A stretch of 64,000 nucleotides of DNA, taken from assembly GCA_017999615.1 (NCBI GenBank), contig JAGNLM010000001.1:614739-678738 (forward strand). Reading direction: 5' to 3'. Shown here one piece after another: positions 44,662 through 52,723 of the stretch. The notes under the pieces are model-generated. The model saw only the letters and a program-made list of their open reading frames with translations, had not been told where the DNA came from and did no database searches. How positions within the stretch are numbered: the stretch's first letter is position 1; every line of letters begins with the position of its first letter. The position numbers and the translations under genes were made by a program. Source of the DNA: Gammaproteobacteria bacterium (GTDB lineage Bacteria; Pseudomonadota; Gammaproteobacteria; JAABTG01).

Positions 44662-45912
44662 TCACGGGCGGTACATGGGGCAGGCCGAGACGCGGCGGTC
44701 GACCTCGTCGAGCACCTCCTGGTAGGCGGGGCTCCCGACCTCGCCGTACCGGCGCCGGAGCTCGATTTCGGAGAGGTACTCGGGCAGGCCGTCGACCGCC
44801 GGCATGAAATCGGCCTCCGTGGTCTGCGCCGCCAGCCGGGCCCGCCACGCACGCGCGGTGTCGGGCGAGCGCACGGCAAGCTCGCCGAAGCGAGTCCCGG
44901 CCCGGTCCGCGGCCAGGTCCGTGAAGCTGAAGCCGCTGCCGCCACGGGCGTCGGCGAGCTCCTTGGAGAGCCCGAGGGCCTCGGAGACCGCGCTGCCGGA
45001 GGCCGCGGTGACCGCGGCAGACGTGAGGAAGTGCTGGGCGAGGTCGACCCGGCCCCGCAGGACCAGACGCACGCCGCGCCGGGGAGCGGCCTCGGCGTCG
45101 GGCGCGAGCAGGCGCAGGTCCTTGCCGAGGGCGTGGGCGGCGAGGACGACCAGGAGGGCCCGGTTCTCGGCCGCCGGGTCGTCCCCTGCGGGCTCCACCC
45201 CGGTGAGGTCACGGAGAGCGCTCGCAAGCGGCAAGGACCGGCCGGCAGGCACGGCGGCGAGGGATGCGAGGAGTCTGCGCTGGAACTCCATCAGGCGCTC
45301 CCGGTCGGCGGGCGGCACGAGCTGGTCCCGCGCGGCACCGACCAGGTCGGGCCGCCACTCGTAGCGGACTCGGAGCGCGTCGGGCGCGACCTGGACCTCG
45401 CGCACCGATTCCCGGGCGATGCGAAAGCCCGGCTCCTTGGCCAGTTGTTCCCACGTCCGCCGCCAGGCCCAGGCGGCGAGGGCGTCCGGAACGGGTACCC
45501 GACCGACCCGCAGGTCGCCGAGGGAGAGCTCGGCGCCCCTCGCGCGCAGGGTCGCCTCGACGTTCAGGAAACGCCCCGCCGGGTTCTCGGGCAGCTCGCG
45601 GCTGCCGACCAGACGCACCTCACCGGTCCCGAGGGTCGCCCGCGTCGCGGCCATCCCGACGCGCTGACCCAGGTAACCCACCAGCGCGTTCACGTCCTGG
45701 GCGCTCAGGGAGAGCGTGCGGTCGCCCGATTCCGGCTGCCGCCGGGGGTCGTGCTCGCGCAGCATGCGCTCGGCCCGGGTGAGCTCCTCCGGCGAGAGAG
45801 GGGCGACGTTGGTGACGAGGGGTTGGTCGTCCAGGGCCAGCACCAGCAACAGCCCGGCGGCGGCCAGGGCGATGGCGGGGAGGAACAGGACCAGGCGCAG
45901 GATCAGTCGCAT
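44662..45912 (-). CDS. hypothetical membrane-anchored periplasmic protein
   Basis: N-terminal TM anchor MRLILRLVLFLPAIALAAAGLLLVLAL; no family recognised by eye. The ORF upstream of MRLIL reads as GC-frame noise, so the start was set at 45912. Confidence 0.45.
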   Translation of the reverse strand: MRLILRLVLFLPAIALAAAGLLLVLALDDQPLVTNVAPLSPEELTRAERMLREHDPRRQPESGDRTLSLSAQDVNALVGYLGQRVGMAATRATLGTGEVRLVGSRELPENPAGRFLNVEATLRARGAELSLGDLRVGRVPVPDALAAWAWRRTWEQLAKEPGFRIARESVREVQVAPDALRVRYEWRPDLVGAARDQLVPPADRERLMEFQRRLLASLAAVPAGRSLPLASALRDLTGVEPAGDDPAAENRALLVVLAAHALGKDLRLLAPDAEAAPRRGVRLVLRGRVDLAQHFLTSAAVTAASGSAVSEALGLSKELADARGGSGFSFTDLAADRAGTRFGELAVRSPDTARAWRARLAAQTTEADFMPAVDGLPEYLSEIELRRRYGEVGSPAYQEVLDEVDRRVSACPMYRP

Positions 45913-45978
45913 GGCAGGCACCCTGGCGTCGACGGTTGGGGCACCGTAGGATCGCGCCCGTTTTCGGAGGGGTCGGCA

Positions 45979-46542
45979 ATGAAGGCAAGCGAGCTCAAGC
46001 GGGGCACGGTAGTCTCCATCGAGGGCCGCGCGTACATGGTACGCGAGGTGAGCGTCCAATCGCCCTCCTCGCGCAGTGGAAACACCCTGTACAAGGTCCA
46101 GTTCCGTGAAGTGGTGACCCGCCAGAAGCTCGAGCAGTCCTACCGGGGCGACGACGACCTGCAGGAGGTGTCGTTCGAGCGCCGGCCGGTGCAGCTCCTG
46201 TTCCGGGAAGTGGACTCCTGCACCTTCATGGACCTGGAGGACTACCAGCAGTACCCGATGGACCACGAGGCGATTGCCGCCGAACTGCCCTATCTCGTGG
46301 ACGGACTCACGGGCCTCTACGCCCTGGTCTCGGAAGGTACCGTGCTCGGGCTCGAGCTTCCGGCGACGGTCGAGCTGGAGATCGTGGACTGCGCCCCTTC
46401 GCTGAAGGGCGCTTCGGCGTCCGCTCGGACCAAGCCGGCCACTCTCTCCACGGGCCTCGTCGTCCAGGTGCCGGAGTACATCGCCCCAGGAGAGCGGGTG
46501 CGGGTGAACACGGTCACCGGCGAGTTCATGGCGCGGGCCTGA
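45979..46542 (+). CDS. yeiP: elongation factor P-like protein YeiP (EfpL)
   Basis: MKASELKRGTVV...EGR.Y.V.E......G.G......K.......L.......D, EF-P family KOW/OB domains, about 187 aa. Confidence 0.85.
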   Translation: MKASELKRGTVVSIEGRAYMVREVSVQSPSSRSGNTLYKVQFREVVTRQKLEQSYRGDDDLQEVSFERRPVQLLFREVDSCTFMDLEDYQQYPMDHEAIAAELPYLVDGLTGLYALVSEGTVLGLELPATVELEIVDCAPSLKGASASARTKPATLSTGLVVQVPEYIAPGERVRVNTVTGEFMARA

Positions 46543-46576
46543 GGCGCGGGCTCACGGCCAGCGCGGGGGGCGCGGG

Positions 46577-46915
46577 GTGTTCAGTCTGGAAGTCGTCATG
46601 GGGCTCGCGGCCCTCGCCCTGGCCACCCATCTCTGGCAGGACGGACTGCGCGCCCGTGAGGGGGCCCTGGCCGCCGCGCGCCGCGCCTGCCAGGACCTGG
46701 ACGTTCAGCTCCTGGACCAGACCGTCGCACTGCGCCGGCTCTCCTTCGCCCGGGGCGCGAGCGGCTGGTTGCGCCTGCGGCGCGAGTTCGGTTTCGAGTT
46801 CAGCGTCGAGGGAACCGAGCGGCGCCGCGGCTACGCGGTGGTCCTCGGCGGTCGCGTCGAGACCGTGCACCTGGAGCACCCCGAGGGCCCGGTGGTCCTT
46901 CCGCGCTACCCCTGA
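46577..46915 (+). CDS. DUF3301-like small membrane-anchored protein
   Basis: 112 aa with an N-terminal hydrophobic helix then RE.A..AARRAC.....QLLDQTVAL......RGY.FEF..., a pattern resembling DUF3301. Confidence 0.4.
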   Translation: MFSLEVVMGLAALALATHLWQDGLRAREGALAAARRACQDLDVQLLDQTVALRRLSFARGASGWLRLRREFGFEFSVEGTERRRGYAVVLGGRVETVHLEHPEGPVVLPRYP

Positions 46916-46972
46916 GCGCGGCCCCATCAAGCGCCACGGACGGGTGCCGATAAGTCCTCCGAGCCCGGGCCG

Positions 46973-48187
46973 GTGCACCGCGTGAGGAGGCCAGCTTTGC
47001 TGGAGAAGAGAGTCACTCTCAGGCAACTACGCCCGGGCATGTACGTCTCGCGGCTCGACCGCCCGTGGCTCGGGACGCCCTTCCCCCTGCAGGGCTTCCA
47101 GATCCGCGTCGGATCGGACATCGCGGAGCTGCACAAGCACTGCAAATTCGTCTACATCGACGTCGAGCGGGGCCTCGACGCCAAGCCCGAGAAGCTCGAC
47201 ATCCCGCCGCCCACCCTGAGGAGCAAGCCCGACCCGGTGGAGGCCCAGGTCGAGCTCCCGAAGGCCAGGCAGAGCACGGAGCAGGTCTCCAGCGAGCTCA
47301 CGCGGATCTTCGAAGGTGCCAAGTCCGGCGGTCGGGCCATCCAGACCGCCCAGCTCAAGGCGGGCATCACGGGGCTGGTCGACAGCGTCCTGCGCAGCAC
47401 CGACGCCGCACTGCTCCTCGCCCGGCTCAAGCGCAAGGACAACTACACCTACACGCACGTCCTCAGCTGCTCGCTGCTGGCTGTCATTCTCGGCAAACAA
47501 CTCATGCTCGAGAAGGGCGAGCTGCAGAAGCTCGCCCTCGCGGCGTCCCTGTTCGACATCGGCAAGACCCACGTTCCGGACGAGCTGCTCGTGAAGAGCG
47601 GCCCCATGACGGCAGCGGAATTGTCGCTCTTGCGCCGGCACGTCGAATTCGGGGTGAAGGTGCTGAAGGAGACGCGGGACATCGACGAGAGCACCATCAA
47701 CGCGGCCCGCTACCACCACGAGCGTCACGACGGCAGCGGTTACCCCGAAGGACGGGTGGGCAGGGACATCCCGCTCTTCGCGCGCATCGTCGGGCTCGTG
47801 GACACCTACGACGCGATGACCAGCACCCGCGTGTACCGCAGCGCGATGTCCCACGAGAGCGCGATCCGCGAGCTCTACGAGCTGCGCGACAAACACTTCC
47901 AGCCGGAGCTGATCGAACACCTGATCCAGTGTCTCGGAACCTACCCGGCGGGCACGCTCGTGGAGCTGACGACCGGTGAGGTGGCCATCGTGGTGGAGCA
48001 AAACCTGGTCCGCCGGCTGCGCCCCAAGGTCATGGTGATCCTGGACGCCGACAAGCGGCCGCTCGAGCACTTTCCCCAGGTCGATCTCCTCACCGAGTCG
48101 GTCAGCGACCACGGGACACCCGTTGCGATTGCCTCGACGCTCGCCCCCGGAAGCTACGGGGTGGACGCGAGCGAGTACTTCATCTGA
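46973..48187 (+). CDS. HD-GYP domain c-di-GMP phosphodiesterase with N-terminal DUF3391
   Basis: DUF3391-like LRPGMYVSRLDRPWLGTPF; HD motif H....L; canonical HHERHDGSGYP. Confidence 0.8.
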   Translation: MHRVRRPALLEKRVTLRQLRPGMYVSRLDRPWLGTPFPLQGFQIRVGSDIAELHKHCKFVYIDVERGLDAKPEKLDIPPPTLRSKPDPVEAQVELPKARQSTEQVSSELTRIFEGAKSGGRAIQTAQLKAGITGLVDSVLRSTDAALLLARLKRKDNYTYTHVLSCSLLAVILGKQLMLEKGELQKLALAASLFDIGKTHVPDELLVKSGPMTAAELSLLRRHVEFGVKVLKETRDIDESTINAARYHHERHDGSGYPEGRVGRDIPLFARIVGLVDTYDAMTSTRVYRSAMSHESAIRELYELRDKHFQPELIEHLIQCLGTYPAGTLVELTTGEVAIVVEQNLVRRLRPKVMVILDADKRPLEHFPQVDLLTESVSDHGTPVAIASTLAPGSYGVDASEYFI

Positions 48188-48234
48188 CGGCCGGCGAGCC
48201 TCTCGGCAGCACGGGACGAACGGACAGGCGACGG

Positions 48235-49599
48235 ATGGCGCTCGATCAGCAACCCCTCGGCCGGCCCCACGAGACGTGCCAGCGCCTTTCGCGCACGGGG
48301 GTGGTCTCCCTGGTCGCGGAGGAGTTGGGCCGCAGCCCGGGCTCGAGCGCCGCGCTCATCCTCCTCGCACTGCGCACCTATCGGGTCATCAACACGACCT
48401 TCGGGTACGGTGCCGGCGAAGAGTTCGTGCAGCAGGTCGGCACCATGCTGCAGGCCCAGTTGCGCCCGGTGGACCGCGTGGCCACGCTGGGCGGCGGAGA
48501 GATCGCGGTCGTCCTGCCGGGGTTGAAGAACCCCGAGCACGCGCTGCTCGCCGTGGCCAAGGTCAGACGCTTGCTGACCGGCAAGTTGAAGGTCGGCACG
48601 GAGCTCTTGGGGATGAATTCGACGCTCGGCGTGGCGGTGTTCCCCGCCCACGCGGGGACCGCCGAAGGCCTGGTGCAGCGCGCCGACGTCGCCCTCGGAA
48701 CGGCGCTCAAGCACGGAAAGCCCTTCGTTCCGGCGACTGCGCTGGAAGGGCAGCCCGACAGCGCACTGCTGCTGGCGCAGGAGCTCGAGGCCGCGATCGC
48801 GGGGAACGACCTCTCGCTGTACTACCAACCGAAGGTGGCGCTGGCCGAGGGCCGCATCTGCGGTGTGGAGGCGCTGAGCCGCTGGCGGAGCCCCACGCGG
48901 GGCTTCGTCTCTCCGGATCGGTTCGTGACGGTCGCCGAGGAGCACGACCTCATCAAGCCGCTCACCCTCTGGTCGCTCAACGTCGCGCTGAAGCACGCGC
49001 GCGACTGGAGCGAGATCTGGCCGGGGGCGAGCGTCGCGGTCAACCTCTCGGCGGCACTCCTGGCGGACCCGGAGATCACCGCGCTCGTCCAGCAGGCGCT
49101 CAACATCTGGGACGTGGTCCCCGACCGCCTCACCCTCGAGGTCACCGAGAGCGCGGTCATGGAGGACCCGGAGCGCAGCCTCGCGACCCTGGGGCGCCTG
49201 CGCGAGGTCGGGGTGGGTCTGGCGATCGATGACTTCGGGACGGGCTACTCGTCGTTCAACTACCTGCGCAAGCTGCCCGTCGACGAGCTGAAGATCGACA
49301 AGTCCTTCGTCCTCGGGATGCTGGGGGACCCGAGCAGCGCCAAGATCGTGAAGGCCGTCGTGGACCTGGGCCACACGTTCGGGCTGAAGATCGTCGCCGA
49401 GGGCGTGGAAGACGCCGACACGGTGCAGGCGCTCACCGAGCTCGGCTGTGATTGCGGACAGGGCTACCACTACGCACGCGCCCTGCCCGCCGAGGAGATG
49501 GCGCAGTGGCTCGTCTCACCCCGCAGCGGACTCATGCGCAGTGCGCCGGCGAGCCCGGAGCGGCTCACTCGATGCCGAGCAGCTCCACGTCGAAGATGA
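48235..49599 (+). CDS. degenerate-GGDEF / EAL domain protein (c-di-GMP phosphodiesterase candidate)
   Basis: N-terminal GGDEF-like fold with the signature degenerated to GGGEI; intact EAL motifs (EALSRW, DDFGTGYSS, KIDKSFV, E..E). Confidence 0.8.
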   Translation: MALDQQPLGRPHETCQRLSRTGVVSLVAEELGRSPGSSAALILLALRTYRVINTTFGYGAGEEFVQQVGTMLQAQLRPVDRVATLGGGEIAVVLPGLKNPEHALLAVAKVRRLLTGKLKVGTELLGMNSTLGVAVFPAHAGTAEGLVQRADVALGTALKHGKPFVPATALEGQPDSALLLAQELEAAIAGNDLSLYYQPKVALAEGRICGVEALSRWRSPTRGFVSPDRFVTVAEEHDLIKPLTLWSLNVALKHARDWSEIWPGASVAVNLSAALLADPEITALVQQALNIWDVVPDRLTLEVTESAVMEDPERSLATLGRLREVGVGLAIDDFGTGYSSFNYLRKLPVDELKIDKSFVLGMLGDPSSAKIVKAVVDLGHTFGLKIVAEGVEDADTVQALTELGCDCGQGYHYARALPAEEMAQWLVSPRSGLMRSAPASPERLTRCRAAPRRR

Positions 49600-50311
49600 G
49601 CGTCTCGTCCGGCCCGATGACCCCGCCCGCACCGGCGTGGCCGTAGGCGAGGTCGGAAGGCACGAAGAGCTGCCAGCGTGAGCCGACCGGCATCCGGGTG
49701 AGGGCCTGCTGCCAGCCCTCGATCACCTGGCCGACGCTGAGTACGGTGGGCTCCCCGCGCCGGTAGGAGCTGTCGAACTCCGTACCGTCGATGAGGGTCC
49801 CGGCATAGTGCACCCGCACCTGGTCGGTGGCCTGGGGTACCGGCCCGGTGCCGGCCTTGACCACGCGGTACTGCAGGCCCCCCGGAAGCTCCACCACGTC
49901 GGGGTTGTTGCGGTTCGCCGTGAGGAATGCCGCCCCCTCGCTGCGGTTGCGCTCCGCCTCGGCGAGTCCCGCCTGGCCCTGTTTCGCCTCGAACTGGCGC
50001 AGCACGTTCTCGCGGTCGCCCGCGGAGAGCCGCGGCGGCGAGCCGGCCGCGCCGTCCTGTACCCCTCGTGCCAGTACGGAGGCATCCAGGGGCAGCGCCT
50101 CGCGCCGCAGTTGCTCCCCCAGCTGGTACCCGATGGTGTAGCTGAGGCGACGGGCGTCGGTGTCGAGCCGCGGGGCCTCGCCACTCGGCGCACTCCCGGC
50201 CGCAGACGGGGTGTTCCCTGCGGCGGGGGGTGGCGCGCCGTCCCCGCACCCGGCGAGGACGGCGGCGAACAGGGTGGGCAGTGCCCGGCGAGCGAGCGTC
50301 AGTCGAGACAC
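49565..50311 (-). CDS. fkpA: FKBP-type peptidyl-prolyl cis-trans isomerase (FkpA/FklB-like), lipoprotein
   Basis: Lipobox LAGCG; C-terminal FKBP domain (VHYAGTLIDGTEFDSS, IEGWQQAL, GPDETLIFDVELLGI); start set at VSRLTL. Confidence 0.8.
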   Translation of the reverse strand: MSRLTLARRALPTLFAAVLAGCGDGAPPPAAGNTPSAAGSAPSGEAPRLDTDARRLSYTIGYQLGEQLRREALPLDASVLARGVQDGAAGSPPRLSAGDRENVLRQFEAKQGQAGLAEAERNRSEGAAFLTANRNNPDVVELPGGLQYRVVKAGTGPVPQATDQVRVHYAGTLIDGTEFDSSYRRGEPTVLSVGQVIEGWQQALTRMPVGSRWQLFVPSDLAYGHAGAGGVIGPDETLIFDVELLGIE

Positions 50312-50360
50312 GTCAGAGCCTCCCCCGTGGATGGGAATTCGGGTGCGCGCCGCTCTCACC

Positions 50361-51161
50361 TCAACAGCCCTCGTTCACGATCAATCCCCCACCGCCGGCC
50401 GGTGCCGCGGGTGCCGCCGGGGCTGCGGGAGCCGTGGGCGCAGCGGGCGCGGCCGGTGCCGCGGGCGCAATCGGGGCAGCCGGGGCCGCCGGTGCGGCGG
50501 GAGTGGGCGCCTCGAGCGGTGCGACCGGCGGGGTGAAGGCGGCCGCCGGCGCAGAGGGCAGGGCCGCAGAGGCGGGTGGCGTCGGTGCCTGTGCGGAGGC
50601 GGCTGCCTCCGCGACCCTCACGAAGCCGCTCGTGCGTGCCTGGGCCCACTCGGCGGATTCGCGGCAGGCCGCCGCGAGCCGCTTGCCGTCGCCCGGATCG
50701 CGCGCCCCGAGGGCCGTTGCCTGACCCAGGTGGGCGAGCCAACCCCGGTAGCCGCCGTCGAGCGAATAGGCCTCGATGCCGGCGAGGCGCAGCAGCACCG
50801 CAGCCTGTGCCCCGGAAGAGGCCTCCTCCCCGTACACCACGACCACGCCCCCTTTGCCAAGGCGCTCGGCGCCCGCCCGGCTCACGGCCTCCGGGAGCGG
50901 CATGTGCTCCGCGCCCCGGATGGGCCCCGCGTCGAACTCGGAGTGGGTGCGCAGGTCCACGAGCCGCAGGGCGCGATTTCCCGCGGCGACCCAGTCCGAG
51001 AGCTGCTGCGCTGTCAGCCGGTACTCCCCCTGGGCCACGCCGGCCGCGACCGCGCCGAGAGAGGGGGCGGCGGAGGCCACCGGGGCCCGCTCACAGCCGG
51101 CCAGGGGGGTGCTCGCCAGGGCCGCGGCCAGGGCTGCGATGCGGAAGGCCTTTGCGTTCAT
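50361..51161 (-). CDS. rhodanese-fold lipoprotein lacking the catalytic Cys, with (PAA)n arm and C-terminal Cys
   Basis: Lipobox LAGCE; rhodanese fold (LRLVDLRTHSEFDAGPIRGAEH...VVVVYGEEASSGAQAA) in which the active-site Cys position is Gly; C-terminal PAAPAAPAAPIAPAAP...GGGGLIVNEGC. Start set at MNAKAF. Confidence 0.65.
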   Translation of the reverse strand: MNAKAFRIAALAAALASTPLAGCERAPVASAAPSLGAVAAGVAQGEYRLTAQQLSDWVAAGNRALRLVDLRTHSEFDAGPIRGAEHMPLPEAVSRAGAERLGKGGVVVVYGEEASSGAQAAVLLRLAGIEAYSLDGGYRGWLAHLGQATALGARDPGDGKRLAAACRESAEWAQARTSGFVRVAEAAASAQAPTPPASAALPSAPAAAFTPPVAPLEAPTPAAPAAPAAPIAPAAPAAPAAPTAPAAPAAPAAPAGGGGLIVNEGC

Positions 51162-51169
51162 GGTCTCGT

Positions 51170-52180
51170 TCACTCCCGAGTTGAGTGGAGCCGCTCCAGC
51201 CACCGCGCGTCGTGCTCCTGGGCGTACTGCTGGTAGGCGGTGCGCTGTCCGATCTCCACGGTGATCTCGCGCAACAGGTATCCGCCCACGAGCACGAGGA
51301 GCGGTGCGGCGAGGAACCAGAGGCAGATCCCCCTCAGCTCGAGCACCTCGAGCCCGAGCGGCACCAGGAGCCCCAGGCCCACGAACAGGACCCAGAAGGC
51401 CAGCGCCTGCTCGCCGAAGAACACCTCGCGGGCGGCCTCCACCTGGACCGCGCTGCCCGTCGCGAGGCTCACCAGCAGGAGGGCGACGAGCACGAGCTCG
51501 GCCAGGATGAGGCCGATGTCGATGCGGGTGAAGAGGGTCTTCTCCTCGTGGTGGAAGCGGGCCGCGAGGACGATGAGCGCCGCCGCGGTGGAGAGCCCCG
51601 ACACGAGGAAGAGCGGCCCGAGGACGCCGGAGTTCCAGAAGGGCCGGGCGTTGAAGGCGCTCAACAGGATCCCGGTGTAGACCCCGAGCGCGGCGCCGGA
51701 GACGAGGGTCGCCGCCGCGATGGGGCGGCGTGTCCGCTCGGCCGCATCGATCAGGGCGGACATGCCGGGCACCCGGGCCGCCTGGGCGGCGAGCGCGGGA
51801 TAGCCGGCCCGCAGGCTTGCGAGGATGAGGGCGATGCTGGCCGGGTAGACGAGGAGGAGGAACCAGGCGCCCCAGGACATGGGCGAGGTCGGCTCGAAGG
51901 TGGTGTAGAAGCGGTAGACGTAGAGCTTGTGGGAGAGGTCGAGGAACAGGAACAGCATCCCCGCGGAGAGCACCAGGGGGGCCAGCAGGATCGCCTGCCG
52001 GCCGGCGAAGGGCGACTGCTCCTCGCGCCGGGTGAGCACGATGACCGCGGCGAATACCATGAGCCCGGCGGTGAGCCCCCCGAGGTAGAGGTAGAGCGGG
52101 ATCTCCCAGCCCCAGACGGAGAGCACCGGGTCGATGCCGGGGTTGTGGCGCAGCGTGACGAGCAGCTCTTCGGTGGCCAT
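51170..52180 (-). CDS. NrfD/PsrC-family integral membrane quinol-interacting subunit
   Basis: Eight or more TM helices and the conserved W-x-x-P.YLYLGG N-terminal motif of PsrC/NrfD/DmsC-family anchors. Confidence 0.8.
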   Translation of the reverse strand: MATEELLVTLRHNPGIDPVLSVWGWEIPLYLYLGGLTAGLMVFAAVIVLTRREEQSPFAGRQAILLAPLVLSAGMLFLFLDLSHKLYVYRFYTTFEPTSPMSWGAWFLLLVYPASIALILASLRAGYPALAAQAARVPGMSALIDAAERTRRPIAAATLVSGAALGVYTGILLSAFNARPFWNSGVLGPLFLVSGLSTAAALIVLAARFHHEEKTLFTRIDIGLILAELVLVALLLVSLATGSAVQVEAAREVFFGEQALAFWVLFVGLGLLVPLGLEVLELRGICLWFLAAPLLVLVGGYLLREITVEIGQRTAYQQYAQEHDARWLERLHSTRE

Positions 52181-52723
52181 CTAGGTGAGGTAGTACACGT
52201 TGGGCTGGTTGCCGGTCTCCGGGAGCAAGACCTTCCAGGGGCGGGTCGCCAGCAGGCGGCTCACCGTGCTCGCGGGGTCGTCGAGCACGCCGAAGTGCAT
52301 GCAGTGCGTGGGGCAGGTCGCGACACACGCCGGGTCGAGTCCGCGCTCCACGCGGTGCGCGCAGAAGGTGCACTTGTCCACGTAGCCGTCGGGGCGCATC
52401 ACCAGGCGCGCGTCGTAGGGGCAGGCCGCGATGCAGGCCTTGCAGCCCGTGCACTTCTCGGGTGCCACCAGCACGATGTTGGTGTCGCCCCAGAAGTGGC
52501 TCGCGCCGGTGGGGCAGGTGTACACGCAGGTGGCATGCGAGCAGTGGTTGCAGCGCTCGCTGCGAAACTCTGTGCGGAGCTCGGGGTAACGGCCGTGGGT
52601 GGCCTCGACGACCCAGTCACGGTTCAGGCCGTCGGGGACGCGGTTCTCGGTCTTGCAGGCGACCACGCAGTCCCCGCAGCCGATGCACAGCCGGGTGTCG
52701 ATCACCATTGCGTAGCGGGTCAC
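52181..52723 (-). CDS. 4x[4Fe-4S] ferredoxin-type subunit (PsrB/DmsB-like)
   Basis: CIGCGDCVVACK, CNHCSHATCVYTCP, CTGCKACIAACP, CTFCAHRVERG...CVATCP clusters. Confidence 0.85.
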   Translation of the reverse strand: MTRYAMVIDTRLCIGCGDCVVACKTENRVPDGLNRDWVVEATHGRYPELRTEFRSERCNHCSHATCVYTCPTGASHFWGDTNIVLVAPEKCTGCKACIAACPYDARLVMRPDGYVDKCTFCAHRVERGLDPACVATCPTHCMHFGVLDDPASTVSRLLATRPWKVLLPETGNQPNVYYLT

